Assembly: GCA_963809665.1 (NCBI GenBank)
Contig: CAWEKC010000001.1
Location: 222,219-286,218, forward strand
DNA length: 64,000 nt
Direction of reading: 5' to 3'
Source of the DNA: Candidatus Gottesmanbacteria bacterium
Lineage (GTDB): Bacteria; Patescibacteriota; Microgenomatia; UBA10105; UBA927
Below, one piece after another: positions 1 through 9,047 of this stretch. The notes below the pieces were generated by a model. The model was not told the origin of the DNA. It was given only the letters and a program-made list of their open reading frames with translations, and searched no databases. A program made the translations under genes and the position numbers. Every line of letters begins with the position of its first letter. Within the stretch, counting starts at the first letter, position 1.

Positions 1-1149
1 ACCGGTGCACTATCCGTCGCAACTCCCCACGGGACCCAAGTGTTATTTGACGAGCAGGATGCTAAAGATCAGGGAAAATATCTCACTCACAGCGTGACTT
101 TCAGGAATGCCACGGCTGACACTGATTACAACATCACTATTCTTTCCAACGGCAAAAAAAACATTAATGGTACTGTTCCGTATAAAGTACGTACAGGCTC
201 ACTCCTAACAACTGCAGGCGGAAATCTGGAGCCCGCATACGGTACGATTGTGAACGATACAAACCAGCCCCTTAAAGGTGCACTCGTCTATGTCACATTG
301 GAAGGCGGACAGACACTGTCATCTGTAAGCAAGCCTTCCGGTACATGGCTCATCCCTTTGAATCTTGTGCGTACAAAAGATTTATCCGGTTACCTGCCCA
401 TCACGGACAGAATGATGGAATCCATTATTGTCAGGGTTAATGGCACGGAAACAAGCGCCGTCACCGACTCGCTCAACGATTCCCCTGTCCCTGCTATGAC
501 TCCCGGTAAAACCTATGATTTCCGGAATCTCACGGCTCAGGCACCGGGTCAGAATCTTGTACGTATTCCCTCACCACAGACCCAAAAATCCGCAGCCTCC
601 GCAGTGTTGGGGACAACGAACACGAAACCTACCAATACCGTTTCTCTGGTTATCCCGGCCCAAGGCGCGGCACTGCCGACTACACTTCCGCTCATTCAGG
701 GAACCGGTATCCCGGGCAAAACCGTATCACTGGTTATCGGCATCACCAACCCCATCGGGGATACCACAGTTGTCGGCGTTAACGGATTGTGGAGTTACAC
801 GCCGAAAAAACCGCTTCCTGCAGGAAAACAAAGCGTTACGATGACAACAAAAAATCTTCAGAACAAGCCTGTTGCCATCACACATATGTTTGAAATACTC
901 AAAAGCGGTACGCAGGTATTGGGAGACGCTACACCGTCTGCCACACTCACACCGACAACAACAGTAACTCTTACACCAACACCGACGGCAACCCCGATAG
1001 CGACAATATCCGCCATTCCCGAAGAAACACAGGAGTCTTCTCTTGCCGCACAGGAGATACCCACAAGCGGTAATGAACTTCCTACAATTATGTTATTGCT
1101 ATTGAGTGTCGGTTTAATGATTGGGGGTGGAATTGTACTCATTAAATAA
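1..1149 (+). CDS. Secreted/surface protein with Ig-like (bacterial Ig/Fn3-type) regions, Thr/Pro linker and C-terminal EIPTSG + TM anchor; 5' end truncated by the window
   Basis: Frame is open from position 1 (TGALSVATPHGTQVLFD). Contains 'PLIQGTGIPGKTV...GLWSYTP', an Ig-like motif, then a TPTPT linker, EIPTSGN and a hydrophobic helix ending IK. Confidence 0.65.
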   Translation, partial: TGALSVATPHGTQVLFDEQDAKDQGKYLTHSVTFRNATADTDYNITILSNGKKNINGTVPYKVRTGSLLTTAGGNLEPAYGTIVNDTNQPLKGALVYVTLEGGQTLSSVSKPSGTWLIPLNLVRTKDLSGYLPITDRMMESIIVRVNGTETSAVTDSLNDSPVPAMTPGKTYDFRNLTAQAPGQNLVRIPSPQTQKSAASAVLGTTNTKPTNTVSLVIPAQGAALPTTLPLIQGTGIPGKTVSLVIGITNPIGDTTVVGVNGLWSYTPKKPLPAGKQSVTMTTKNLQNKPVAITHMFEILKSGTQVLGDATPSATLTPTTTVTLTPTPTATPIATISAIPEETQESSLAAQEIPTSGNELPTIMLLLLSVGLMIGGGIVLIK

Positions 1150-1156
1150 AAGGGTA

Positions 1157-1185
1157 TTGACTCGCAATGATATACCCTCTAATCT
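1157..1185 (+). promoter_or_regulatory. Putative sigma70 promoter of the Cys-rich surface protein gene
   Basis: TTGACT-17 nt-TAATCT about 40 nt upstream of ATG 1227. Confidence 0.45.
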
Positions 1186-1226
1186 GGATATAGACGTGGG
1201 GAAAACGTTGTGGGAATTATTATATT

Positions 1227-2882
1227 ATGGCTGATATTTTAGACGCCGCTCAATCAAATACGCCTGCTCCGCCAGATGTCGGACCGCCTGTGGAACCCCC
1301 GCCTTCGCCAGTTGGTGAACCTCCTGAACCGCCGAGCACTCCGTCAGAACCCGTGATTCCCCCTCCGCCTCCGGCAACAAGTACTGATTCTCTTATTATT
1401 CCCCCACCGGAAGAACCCATAACAACGACAACTACCACTACAACTACCACTCAACCCGTACCACCCCCGCCGGAAAAACCGAAAAAGAAATCGCGTCTCG
1501 GCGTCCTGATTGCGGGATTGTTGATTTTGGCAATTACGATCCCCATTCTCACCGTCTTTGTGCGGCAACAAGTCGAAATCCGGAGCCGGGCCGCATACTG
1601 CCTTGATCCTTGTGTAAATAACATTGATTGTGGAGCTGGTTATTATTGCTACAAACCGGCTCCTCCGGCCTGTCCTGTCTGTAAACCAAATCCAACCCCC
1701 ACGGGAACACAAAACTGCAATACCGGAAATTGCTACAATGACTGTGTTTGTCACGGTATACCTCCGAGCACGTGCGGACAGCAATGTGCCGGAACTCCGA
1801 CTCCAACTCCGGGCCTTCCTTTCTGTCCAAACACAGACTGCATGATTCCCTCTACCGTACCGGGCGCTATTCATTGCCAATTATCTAGCGGCGGTAACCC
1901 TACATATTGCTGCCCAACAAATAAACCGCTGTATCAAAACGGACAGTGTGTAGTACTACCACCAAACTGCAATACAGGAAATTGCTACAATGACTGTGTT
2001 TGTCACGGTATACCTCCGAGCACGTGCGGACAGCAATGTGCACCAACTCCCGCTCCAATAACTTCAACCCCCACACCTGGACCGTTCGTAAAATGCTGTC
2101 CGAAATATAATACCCCATACTCAATAAATACCTGTACCGGGGCAAGCGAAAGCGGCTGTAATATTAACATTAACTATTGTATCCCATGGAACACAAACAC
2201 ATGTCCTGCGCCGAGTCCGTCACCCGGCACAACCCCTCCCCCAGGCGGTGGTGGCGGCAATTGGGTATGTAATAATGGAACCGGTTCTCCGCCTCCTATT
2301 CCTGTTGCATGTACCAACGGCGGGACATATAACGGCAAATGTATCATTTACCACTGTCCTAACGGGTGCGGTGGCACGAAATGCGATGAAAATTCCCCCA
2401 ATGTATGGTGGGAATATAAATCCTGTAGTACGGCAGCTCTCACCGGTAATGAGTGCGGCCAGATTGACACAGTTACGGATGCCGGCAGATATTGCTCACC
2501 ACAAACCGGCTGTGATGTGAAGGCGCTCCGGTGTACTGGTTGTTCCGGCGGACCAACGCGTCCTACCACACCAACACCGCCGCCGCAGTGTATCAACATA
2601 TTAGTGTATAGATGCAGTCCTTATATCGAGTGTAGTCCTAATCCGCTCACGCCATCCGAGCTTGCCGCACTACATCCCGGTGATAAAGTTGAACTAAGAT
2701 TCACAGCGGGCGGAGGTGCTGCTACGAAAGTCCGGTTCAGAATAAATAGCACCAATGATAGCGATTGGATAGAAACATCAACGAAAAATCAAAACAGTCA
2801 GTTTGTCTTGGAATATACGCTCACCAATACACCAACCTTTACTATTGAAGCACAGTGGTTTGACGGGAGCGCATGGCATTAA
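1227..2882 (+). CDS. Membrane-anchored protein: Pro-rich N-terminal tail, one TM helix, Cys-rich extracellular region, C-terminal beta-rich domain
   Basis: 551 aa ORF; PPPP/TTTT tail, then KPKKKSR and a hydrophobic helix, then many Cys-containing modules. Confidence 0.75.
   Translation: MADILDAAQSNTPAPPDVGPPVEPPPSPVGEPPEPPSTPSEPVIPPPPPATSTDSLIIPPPEEPITTTTTTTTTTQPVPPPPEKPKKKSRLGVLIAGLLILAITIPILTVFVRQQVEIRSRAAYCLDPCVNNIDCGAGYYCYKPAPPACPVCKPNPTPTGTQNCNTGNCYNDCVCHGIPPSTCGQQCAGTPTPTPGLPFCPNTDCMIPSTVPGAIHCQLSSGGNPTYCCPTNKPLYQNGQCVVLPPNCNTGNCYNDCVCHGIPPSTCGQQCAPTPAPITSTPTPGPFVKCCPKYNTPYSINTCTGASESGCNININYCIPWNTNTCPAPSPSPGTTPPPGGGGGNWVCNNGTGSPPPIPVACTNGGTYNGKCIIYHCPNGCGGTKCDENSPNVWWEYKSCSTAALTGNECGQIDTVTDAGRYCSPQTGCDVKALRCTGCSGGPTRPTTPTPPPQCINILVYRCSPYIECSPNPLTPSELAALHPGDKVELRFTAGGGAATKVRFRINSTNDSDWIETSTKNQNSQFVLEYTLTNTPTFTIEAQWFDGSAWH
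1713..2041 (+). repeat. 77-bp near-identical in-frame direct repeat (1713-1789 and 1965-2041) encoding NCNTGNCYNDCVCHGIPPSTCGQQCA
   Basis: The copies differ at one synonymous site (ACC vs ACA). Confidence 0.95.
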
Positions 2883-2883
2883 T

Positions 2884-3681
2884 ATGAATTACTTGAAAAA
2901 ACACTGGTATCTGTTCATCATAGTCCTTCTCACCATCGGGCTGGCGGTGCTTGTCCTTTTAACCAGCGGAAGGCTCTCACAAACTAAACAGGTCGCCCCG
3001 ACAGTACCCCAAGAGCAGCCTCAGGCGGCAAATTCAGCGTGTACATTAACATTTCATATAACGCTCACAACCGGAACACCCACGCCGACGCCGACAGGAA
3101 CGCTCATTCCTACACGGACTCCTACGCCAACAGCAACGCCGACACTTACGCCGACGCCGACAGCAACTCCGACACCGAATCCTACGGCTACACCGAATCC
3201 TACGGCTACACCGAATCCTACGGCTACGCCGACACCCACGGCAACACCCACACCCAATCCTACGGCTACGCCGACGCCCACGCCAACGCCGCAACAACAG
3301 GTCGGCTGCAACAATACCTGCACGGTCAATACTGACTGCCAATCGGGATTAATTTGTATCAATAATACCTGCAGGAACTCCAGCTGTACGGACGATGCCA
3401 CGTGTCAATGTCAGATCGCGGCTAACCCGACACCGACGCCTATCCCCCCGGTAGGGTGTAACAATACCTGCACGCTGAATACCGATTGTACCGGCGGACT
3501 TGTATGTGTCGGGGGCATGTGCCTTAACGCATCCTGCACATCTCAAACTGATTGTGTCTGTCCTGTGGCGGCTGCCCAACCTACACCGGAGATTCCTGTG
3601 TCGGGCTCTGGTTTCTCGATCTGGGGTGCTTCGATTATCGGTGCCGGACTCCTTATCCTTCTTCTGGGGCTTGCTCTCTAA
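2884..3681 (+). CDS. Surface protein: N-terminal signal/TM, PT-rich stalk, two 8-Cys modules, C-terminal EIPVSG + TM
   Basis: ATG at 2884 ([13 protein letters not shown]); modules [36 protein letters not shown] and [36 protein letters not shown]. Confidence 0.75.
   Translation: MNYLKKHWYLFIIVLLTIGLAVLVLLTSGRLSQTKQVAPTVPQEQPQAANSACTLTFHITLTTGTPTPTPTGTLIPTRTPTPTATPTLTPTPTATPTPNPTATPNPTATPNPTATPTPTATPTPNPTATPTPTPTPQQQVGCNNTCTVNTDCQSGLICINNTCRNSSCTDDATCQCQIAANPTPTPIPPVGCNNTCTLNTDCTGGLVCVGGMCLNASCTSQTDCVCPVAAAQPTPEIPVSGSGFSIWGASIIGAGLLILLLGLAL
3172..3225 (+). repeat. 3 x 18-bp perfect tandem repeat ACACCGAATCCTACGGCT (TPNPTA)
   Basis: Read directly from the sequence; degenerate copies flank it. 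Confidence 0.95.
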
Positions 3682-4622
3682 AGCTGGTTCTTAATATATA
3701 GGTGCACATCTCCCCAACTTGTCGTGGGGACTAACACATAGAGATTGTTATATAGATATGCCGGAGGATTCTCCAGCAACTGATCAAAAGATATTTTTTT
3801 AATCTGGTCCTGATTCACAGATGCAAAGCGCCTACCGACCGTAAGTACCCGGGCAAAAGTCATATCCATATCGGTCGCATCATCAAGAAGTTTCGGTAAT
3901 GCCTGCAGGCGTGACAATGTTATCCATTGTAACGGGTGCGTAAACCGATCCTTCAGTGCGACCATGATAATCTGCTGACGTCGGCCGCGTGCAAAATCAC
4001 TCCCCTGGTCCCCTTCCGCGTGGCGGCTTCGTGCGTAAATAAGCGCACGTGCGCCGTCCATATGCTGGATCCCTGCATCAAAATGAACGGTTTCGTAGAC
4101 ACAGGCGTTGGTCGGATCATCCGGACATGTTGCCTGTTCCATGCCGGGTTTCGGGTATTTGGTATCCGTAAACGCCTCAGGCACATTCACATCAATGCCG
4201 CCGACCGCGTCTATTACTTTGGTAAAACCGGAAAAATCTATAACCACTGCATAATGAATAGGCATCCCGATAACATCCTCCATAATGACTTTCGATAACA
4301 ATAAACCCCCGTCTTTTTGTTTTAATTCTCCGTAATGATACGCAGTGTTTACTTTATCCTTAAGCGTATCGCTCCAGATATCGCGCGGAATTGAAATAAG
4401 CGCAACCGCTTTTTTCGCCGGATCAAGAGACAGCACCATAATCGTATCGGTTAAATCAGCCCCCTCGTGCGCCCCCCCGCCTACCCCCAGAATGAGGATG
4501 TTTGTGCGGCCGCCGGAAGAATCAAGTGTGGATTCACGGATGAACCGGGAGGTCCAAATAACCGCTTTCGCAAATAAAAAAAGAACAAGGACAAATAGAG
4601 CGAGTGCTATAATTTTTTTCAT
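3678..4622 (-). CDS. LCP (LytR-CpsA-Psr) family cell-wall polymer ligase
   Basis: NILILG, TDTIMV, ISIPRD, 'AL.YARSRH', SDFARGRRQQ motifs; N-terminal TM. Confidence 0.92.
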   Translation of the reverse strand: MKKIIALALFVLVLFLFAKAVIWTSRFIRESTLDSSGGRTNILILGVGGGAHEGADLTDTIMVLSLDPAKKAVALISIPRDIWSDTLKDKVNTAYHYGELKQKDGGLLLSKVIMEDVIGMPIHYAVVIDFSGFTKVIDAVGGIDVNVPEAFTDTKYPKPGMEQATCPDDPTNACVYETVHFDAGIQHMDGARALIYARSRHAEGDQGSDFARGRRQQIIMVALKDRFTHPLQWITLSRLQALPKLLDDATDMDMTFARVLTVGRRFASVNQDQIKKISFDQLLENPPAYLYNNLYVLVPTTSWGDVHLYIKNQL

Positions 4623-5263
4623 CTGGCGTTAGTTATGAGTGCAGCAAATATTATAGGGTCCAGACTCGCTCCACCGGGAAGAACCCCGTCTATGGACGGC
4701 TGACGTACAAAAGAAGCGATATTATCAGCCGTGACGCTTCCTCCGTAAATTACCCGTGTTCCTTGAGATTTTGCTTTGATGCTGGCGATAACCGTATTGG
4801 CATTTTCAGGAGTATCAGATTTTCCGGTGCCTATTGCCCATACCGGTTCATATGCGACCACATCGACACCATTCGGGACAACGGTATGATCGTCGGGTAC
4901 ACAATAGATGATTTTTAATCCCGCGCTTTTTGCCTGTTCAGTCTTTTTGGAAAGCATCTCATCGGTCTCTCCGAAATTTTTCCGGCGCTCCGAGTGGCCG
5001 ATAATCACCCATTCGGCAAATTCTTTTATCTGACGGGCATTTACTTCGCCGGTATACGCACCGTCCCCGAATGCCGAGATGTCCTGAGCTCCGAGTGATA
5101 TGGGTAATTTTTTCGCCGCAAGTAAACCCAGGAGAGTGAACGGAACGCAAAGAATCACGGATATGTCGGTGTCCCATGTAGCATGGAATGACACTGTCCA
5201 GTCTTCTGCCTCCTTACCCGTCTTATTGCTCTTCCAGTTCCCAACAATGATTAGTGATTTCAT
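4619..5263 (-). CDS. tpiA: Triosephosphate isomerase (short form)
   Basis: GNWKSN, GAYTGE, IIGHSERR, AYEPVWAIGTG, YGGSV. Confidence 0.97.
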   Translation of the reverse strand: MKSLIIVGNWKSNKTGKEAEDWTVSFHATWDTDISVILCVPFTLLGLLAAKKLPISLGAQDISAFGDGAYTGEVNARQIKEFAEWVIIGHSERRKNFGETDEMLSKKTEQAKSAGLKIIYCVPDDHTVVPNGVDVVAYEPVWAIGTGKSDTPENANTVIASIKAKSQGTRVIYGGSVTADNIASFVRQPSIDGVLPGGASLDPIIFAALITNAR

Positions 5264-5281
5264 ATGGTACTATTATATGTT

Positions 5282-7126
5282 ATGAGTGATGTCCTCCTCA
5301 ATGATTTAAACCGCGACCAACAGGAAGCCGTCAAACATATTGACGGACCTGTACTTATCCTTGCCGGTGCCGGTTCGGGTAAAACCCGCGTTCTCACCTA
5401 CCGGGCTGCATATCTTATCAGCGAAAAACACATATCCCCCCACAATATCCTCATGCTCACCTTTACCAATAAAGCAGCTAACGAGATGAAGGAACGTATA
5501 CGTAAACTCCTTTCGACACATGACCTCCCTTTTGCCGGAACGTTTCATGCTCTCGCCGTCAGAATACTGCGCATTGACGGCAAACACATCGGCATCCCCG
5601 ATGATTTCGTCATATATGACGAGCAGGATCAACTGGATGCGGTTAAAGACATCATGAAACGTCTTGATATTTCTTCAAAAAATTTTAGCCCCGGGGCAGT
5701 ACTGCACACCATCTCCGAAGCAAAAAATGAACTTATCTCGCATACGGAATATCCGCAGTATGCTCGGGGATATTTCCAGGAAACGGTCGCCACTGTCTAT
5801 ATCGAATACCAAAAGCTGCTTGCACAAAACCATGCACTCGATTTTGACGATTTACTTTCCAAAACCGTCGACCTGTTGGTAAAACACTCTGATATAGCAG
5901 CTAAATACCAGGAAAAATACCGGTATGTCCTTATTGACGAATATCAGGACACTAATAAAGCGCAATATGCCATGAGCAGACTCCTCTCAGCCAGATACAG
6001 GAATATCTCCGTTGTGGGCGACGCATCGCAAAGCATATACCGCTGGAGAGGCGCGGACTTCAGAAATATCGTCAATTTTAAACATGATTTTCACGGTGTT
6101 GCCGAATTTCACCTCGAGCAAAACTACCGTTCCACGCAAACCATACTGGATGCCGCCTTCGGTGTGATATCCAAAAATACCTCACATCCGATACTCAAAC
6201 TCTGGACAAATAAACACAGGGGAGAAAAAATTACACTCTACGAAGCGCGGACGGAACACGATGAGGCTGCCTTTTTGGTGCAGACAATACTGCAGGCAAA
6301 CCGTTCATTCAAGGATTTTGCGGTCCTTTACCGCACCAACGCCCAGTCGAGAGTGCTGGAAGAGGCGTTTTTACATGCCGGCATCCCGTATGTACTGGTC
6401 GGCGGCACTCGCTTTTATGAACGGAAGGAAATCAAGGATGTACTTGCATACCTCCGTTTAATTGCCAATCCGAAAGATACGGTTTCTTATCATAGAATAG
6501 AAAAATTGGGAAAAGGCCGCCTGGAAAAATTTCTCACGTTTGCCGGAAATGTTGATAAAGATACTAAACTCGTTTCCCTCACAACGCTGGAGCTTCTGGA
6601 TCAGGTTATTGAAGCCACACGATATCTTGAGCTCTATGATGCCAACATCGAAGAAGAGGCCTACCGGTTGGAAAACATTAAAGAACTGCGCTCCGTTGCA
6701 ACGGAATTTCCCAATTTAACGGAATTTCTGGAAACAGTCGCGCTCGTCGAGCAGGAATACGAACCCGAGACACTCAGGAAACGCGAGGCTAACCGGGATT
6801 CTGTAACACTTATGACGCTGCATGCGGCTAAGGGGTTGGAATTCCCGGTAGTATTTATGATAGGCATGGAAGAAGGCCTCTTCCCTCATTCCCGGAGCCT
6901 GATGGACAAGGATGAAATCGAGGAGGAGCGGCGGCTCTGCTATGTGGGCATTACCCGGGCAAAAGAAAAATTATATTTAACATTTGCAAACCGGAGGTTA
7001 TTTTTCGGCACCCGGACCCAAAACATGATTTCAAGGTTTATTGCTGACTTACCACAGGACGTATTGGACTACAACGTATCGCTTAACAGCAGCCGGGGGT
7101 TCAATGAGGATGATATGCTTCTATAA
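5282..7126 (+). CDS. pcrA: ATP-dependent DNA helicase PcrA/UvrD
   Basis: AGAGSGKT, TFTNKAA, DEYQDTN, QNYRST, TLHAAKGLEF, EERRLCYVGITRA; lacks the usual C-terminal Tudor-like tail. Confidence 0.95.
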   Translation: MSDVLLNDLNRDQQEAVKHIDGPVLILAGAGSGKTRVLTYRAAYLISEKHISPHNILMLTFTNKAANEMKERIRKLLSTHDLPFAGTFHALAVRILRIDGKHIGIPDDFVIYDEQDQLDAVKDIMKRLDISSKNFSPGAVLHTISEAKNELISHTEYPQYARGYFQETVATVYIEYQKLLAQNHALDFDDLLSKTVDLLVKHSDIAAKYQEKYRYVLIDEYQDTNKAQYAMSRLLSARYRNISVVGDASQSIYRWRGADFRNIVNFKHDFHGVAEFHLEQNYRSTQTILDAAFGVISKNTSHPILKLWTNKHRGEKITLYEARTEHDEAAFLVQTILQANRSFKDFAVLYRTNAQSRVLEEAFLHAGIPYVLVGGTRFYERKEIKDVLAYLRLIANPKDTVSYHRIEKLGKGRLEKFLTFAGNVDKDTKLVSLTTLELLDQVIEATRYLELYDANIEEEAYRLENIKELRSVATEFPNLTEFLETVALVEQEYEPETLRKREANRDSVTLMTLHAAKGLEFPVVFMIGMEEGLFPHSRSLMDKDEIEEERRLCYVGITRAKEKLYLTFANRRLFFGTRTQNMISRFIADLPQDVLDYNVSLNSSRGFNEDDMLL

Positions 7127-7300
7127 TACCGTCAGAAGAATTATAGAGAGAGTTCCGAATACTATTAACACAGCAAAAATCATTTCTATAGTTAAAAATA
7201 TTCTTGCCACGCCCTGAACACGGCCGAATGCAAAAAATGCGCCGAATAGCCTGCTGTCTACCGGCATCCACGGAATCGGTTTCTGCCTTTTACGTGCCAT
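7121..7300 (-). CDS. Small hypothetical membrane protein (59 aa)
   Basis: MARKRQK basic N-terminus plus hydrophobic C-terminus; fills the gap between pcrA and femABX; TATTAT lies 7 nt upstream. Confidence 0.55.
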   Translation of the reverse strand: MARKRQKPIPWMPVDSRLFGAFFAFGRVQGVARIFLTIEMIFAVLIVFGTLSIILLTVL

Positions 7301-7318
7301 TAATTGTATAATACCACT

Positions 7319-8218
7319 ATGATTATGCATCCGCTACAAACTCCTGCGTGGGGCGAATTCCGCAAGGCCATGGGCATTGATGTCGTACGGGTCAATGGTT
7401 GGCAATTGACCTTCCATACTATCCCGCATACTCCCTGGACCGTCGGCTATTTCCCTAAAGGCCCGGTACCCACCAAAAAAATGATTGATGAGCTGCGTGT
7501 CCTTGGAAAACAAAAGAATGCTATATTTATACAACTGGAACCGGATACGACGTCAAAAATAAACTTACAGCCTTCCCATCACCCTTTATTTACTAAATAT
7601 ACGTTTATATTAGATTTAACAAAATCTGAAGATGAATTATTGGCAGCGATGCATCCAAAAACCCGGTATAACATAAAAATCGCACAAAAACATGATGTTA
7701 AAATTGCGGAAGACAATTCGCCCGCAGCGTTCAAAGCATATCTCAGGCTCACGGAAGAAACCACTTCGCGCCAGGGTTTTTATGCGCATAATATGAACTA
7801 CCACAAAACCATGTGGGATATCATGCATAAGGCCGGCATTGCACACCTTTTTACGGCAACGTACGAAGGCGAAGTACTATCTGCCTGGATTATGTTTGTA
7901 TGGGGTGACACGGTGTATTATCCGTACGGATCCTCCAGCCGCGATCACCGCGAGGTCATGGCTCCGACCCTCCTCCTTTGGGAAATTGCCAAGTGGGCCA
8001 AACAAAAAGGGTTGAAATATTTTGATCTGTGGGGAGCCATGGGTCCGAATCCTGACACCCATGACCCGTGGTACGGGTTCCATCGGTTCAAACAGGGGTT
8101 CAATCCGCGGTTAATCGAATTTTCCGGGTCATTCGACCTTGTCATCAAACCATTTCTATATTCCTGCTATACACTCGCAGACACCCTGCGGTGGAAATTC
8201 CTGAAACTCATACACTGA
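7319..8218 (+). CDS. FemABX-family peptidoglycan bridge aminoacyltransferase
   Basis: HPLQTPAWGEF, PKGP, KTRYNIK, YYPYGSS, FDLWG, GFHRFKQGF. Confidence 0.9.
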   Translation: MIMHPLQTPAWGEFRKAMGIDVVRVNGWQLTFHTIPHTPWTVGYFPKGPVPTKKMIDELRVLGKQKNAIFIQLEPDTTSKINLQPSHHPLFTKYTFILDLTKSEDELLAAMHPKTRYNIKIAQKHDVKIAEDNSPAAFKAYLRLTEETTSRQGFYAHNMNYHKTMWDIMHKAGIAHLFTATYEGEVLSAWIMFVWGDTVYYPYGSSSRDHREVMAPTLLLWEIAKWAKQKGLKYFDLWGAMGPNPDTHDPWYGFHRFKQGFNPRLIEFSGSFDLVIKPFLYSCYTLADTLRWKFLKLIH

Positions 8219-8222
8219 TCTC

Positions 8223-9047
8223 ATGGAACTTCAGCAATCACCGCTCTACTCAAAATATATACAACTTCTTGGCTGGAAAATTATCCGTATAGAAAATACA
8301 CGGATGTTTTACAAACATATCCCCCTTGCCGGGGGCTTACTTAAAATCCAACGGCCGAGGCCGTTGCCGCCGCTTACCGGCCTCGCCCCGATTCTGAAAG
8401 AATACCGCATACGGATGATCGCAATCGAACCGCATCCTAAAGAAAGTATTGCTGCCTATAAACGCTGGTGCGCGGGTCTTGCTAAATATTGCAAAGTGGT
8501 CCGTTCATCCTACCAGCCGACTAAAACACTGTATATCGACGTGACATCTCCGGAGGACAAAATCTTTTCCCGGTTTACCGAAGCAAAACGGAGAGCGGTA
8601 CGGAAGGCCGTAAAAAACGGCGTCACTGTGGAAGAATCAGATGATATTCAAAACCTCATCAAAATCAAAAATAAATCTTCCGGGGCGTTCGGGTTTATCA
8701 CTACGTTCGGCATTGACCGCTTCTGGCTCATTATGACACCTGAACACGCGACTGTATTACTGGCCTACACCGATACGCGTAAACTTATCGGCGGAATATT
8801 GCTTATTTTTTGGGAAAAAACCGCATATTACTGGATTGCAGGAGCCACGAAAAACGGAAAAAAACTTTTTACCCCGACACTTCTCGTATGGGAAGCATTA
8901 CGGATTGCAAAGAAACACGGTATGAAACAATTAGATTTTGTCGGCGTGTGGGACGAACGGAAGCCCAACGAACACCATGATTGGTTGGGGTTTACCAAAT
9001 TTAAGGAAGGGTTCGGAGGGGTACCGTTTTATTATCCCCTGTTTTAA
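8223..9047 (+). CDS. Second FemABX-family peptidyltransferase
   Basis: LQQSPLY, RRAVRKA, YYWIAG, LDFVG, GFTKFKEGFGG. Confidence 0.85.
   Translation: MELQQSPLYSKYIQLLGWKIIRIENTRMFYKHIPLAGGLLKIQRPRPLPPLTGLAPILKEYRIRMIAIEPHPKESIAAYKRWCAGLAKYCKVVRSSYQPTKTLYIDVTSPEDKIFSRFTEAKRRAVRKAVKNGVTVEESDDIQNLIKIKNKSSGAFGFITTFGIDRFWLIMTPEHATVLLAYTDTRKLIGGILLIFWEKTAYYWIAGATKNGKKLFTPTLLVWEALRIAKKHGMKQLDFVGVWDERKPNEHHDWLGFTKFKEGFGGVPFYYPLF

Noticed and set aside
1713-2041. Repeat pair as a diversity-generating retroelement TR/VR
   Set aside because: Only one synonymous mismatch, both copies are in frame in one CDS, and no reverse transcriptase is in the window
3100-3295. Short repeats as a CRISPR array
   Set aside because: Tandem coding repeats of Thr-Pro codons with no unique spacers and no cas genes
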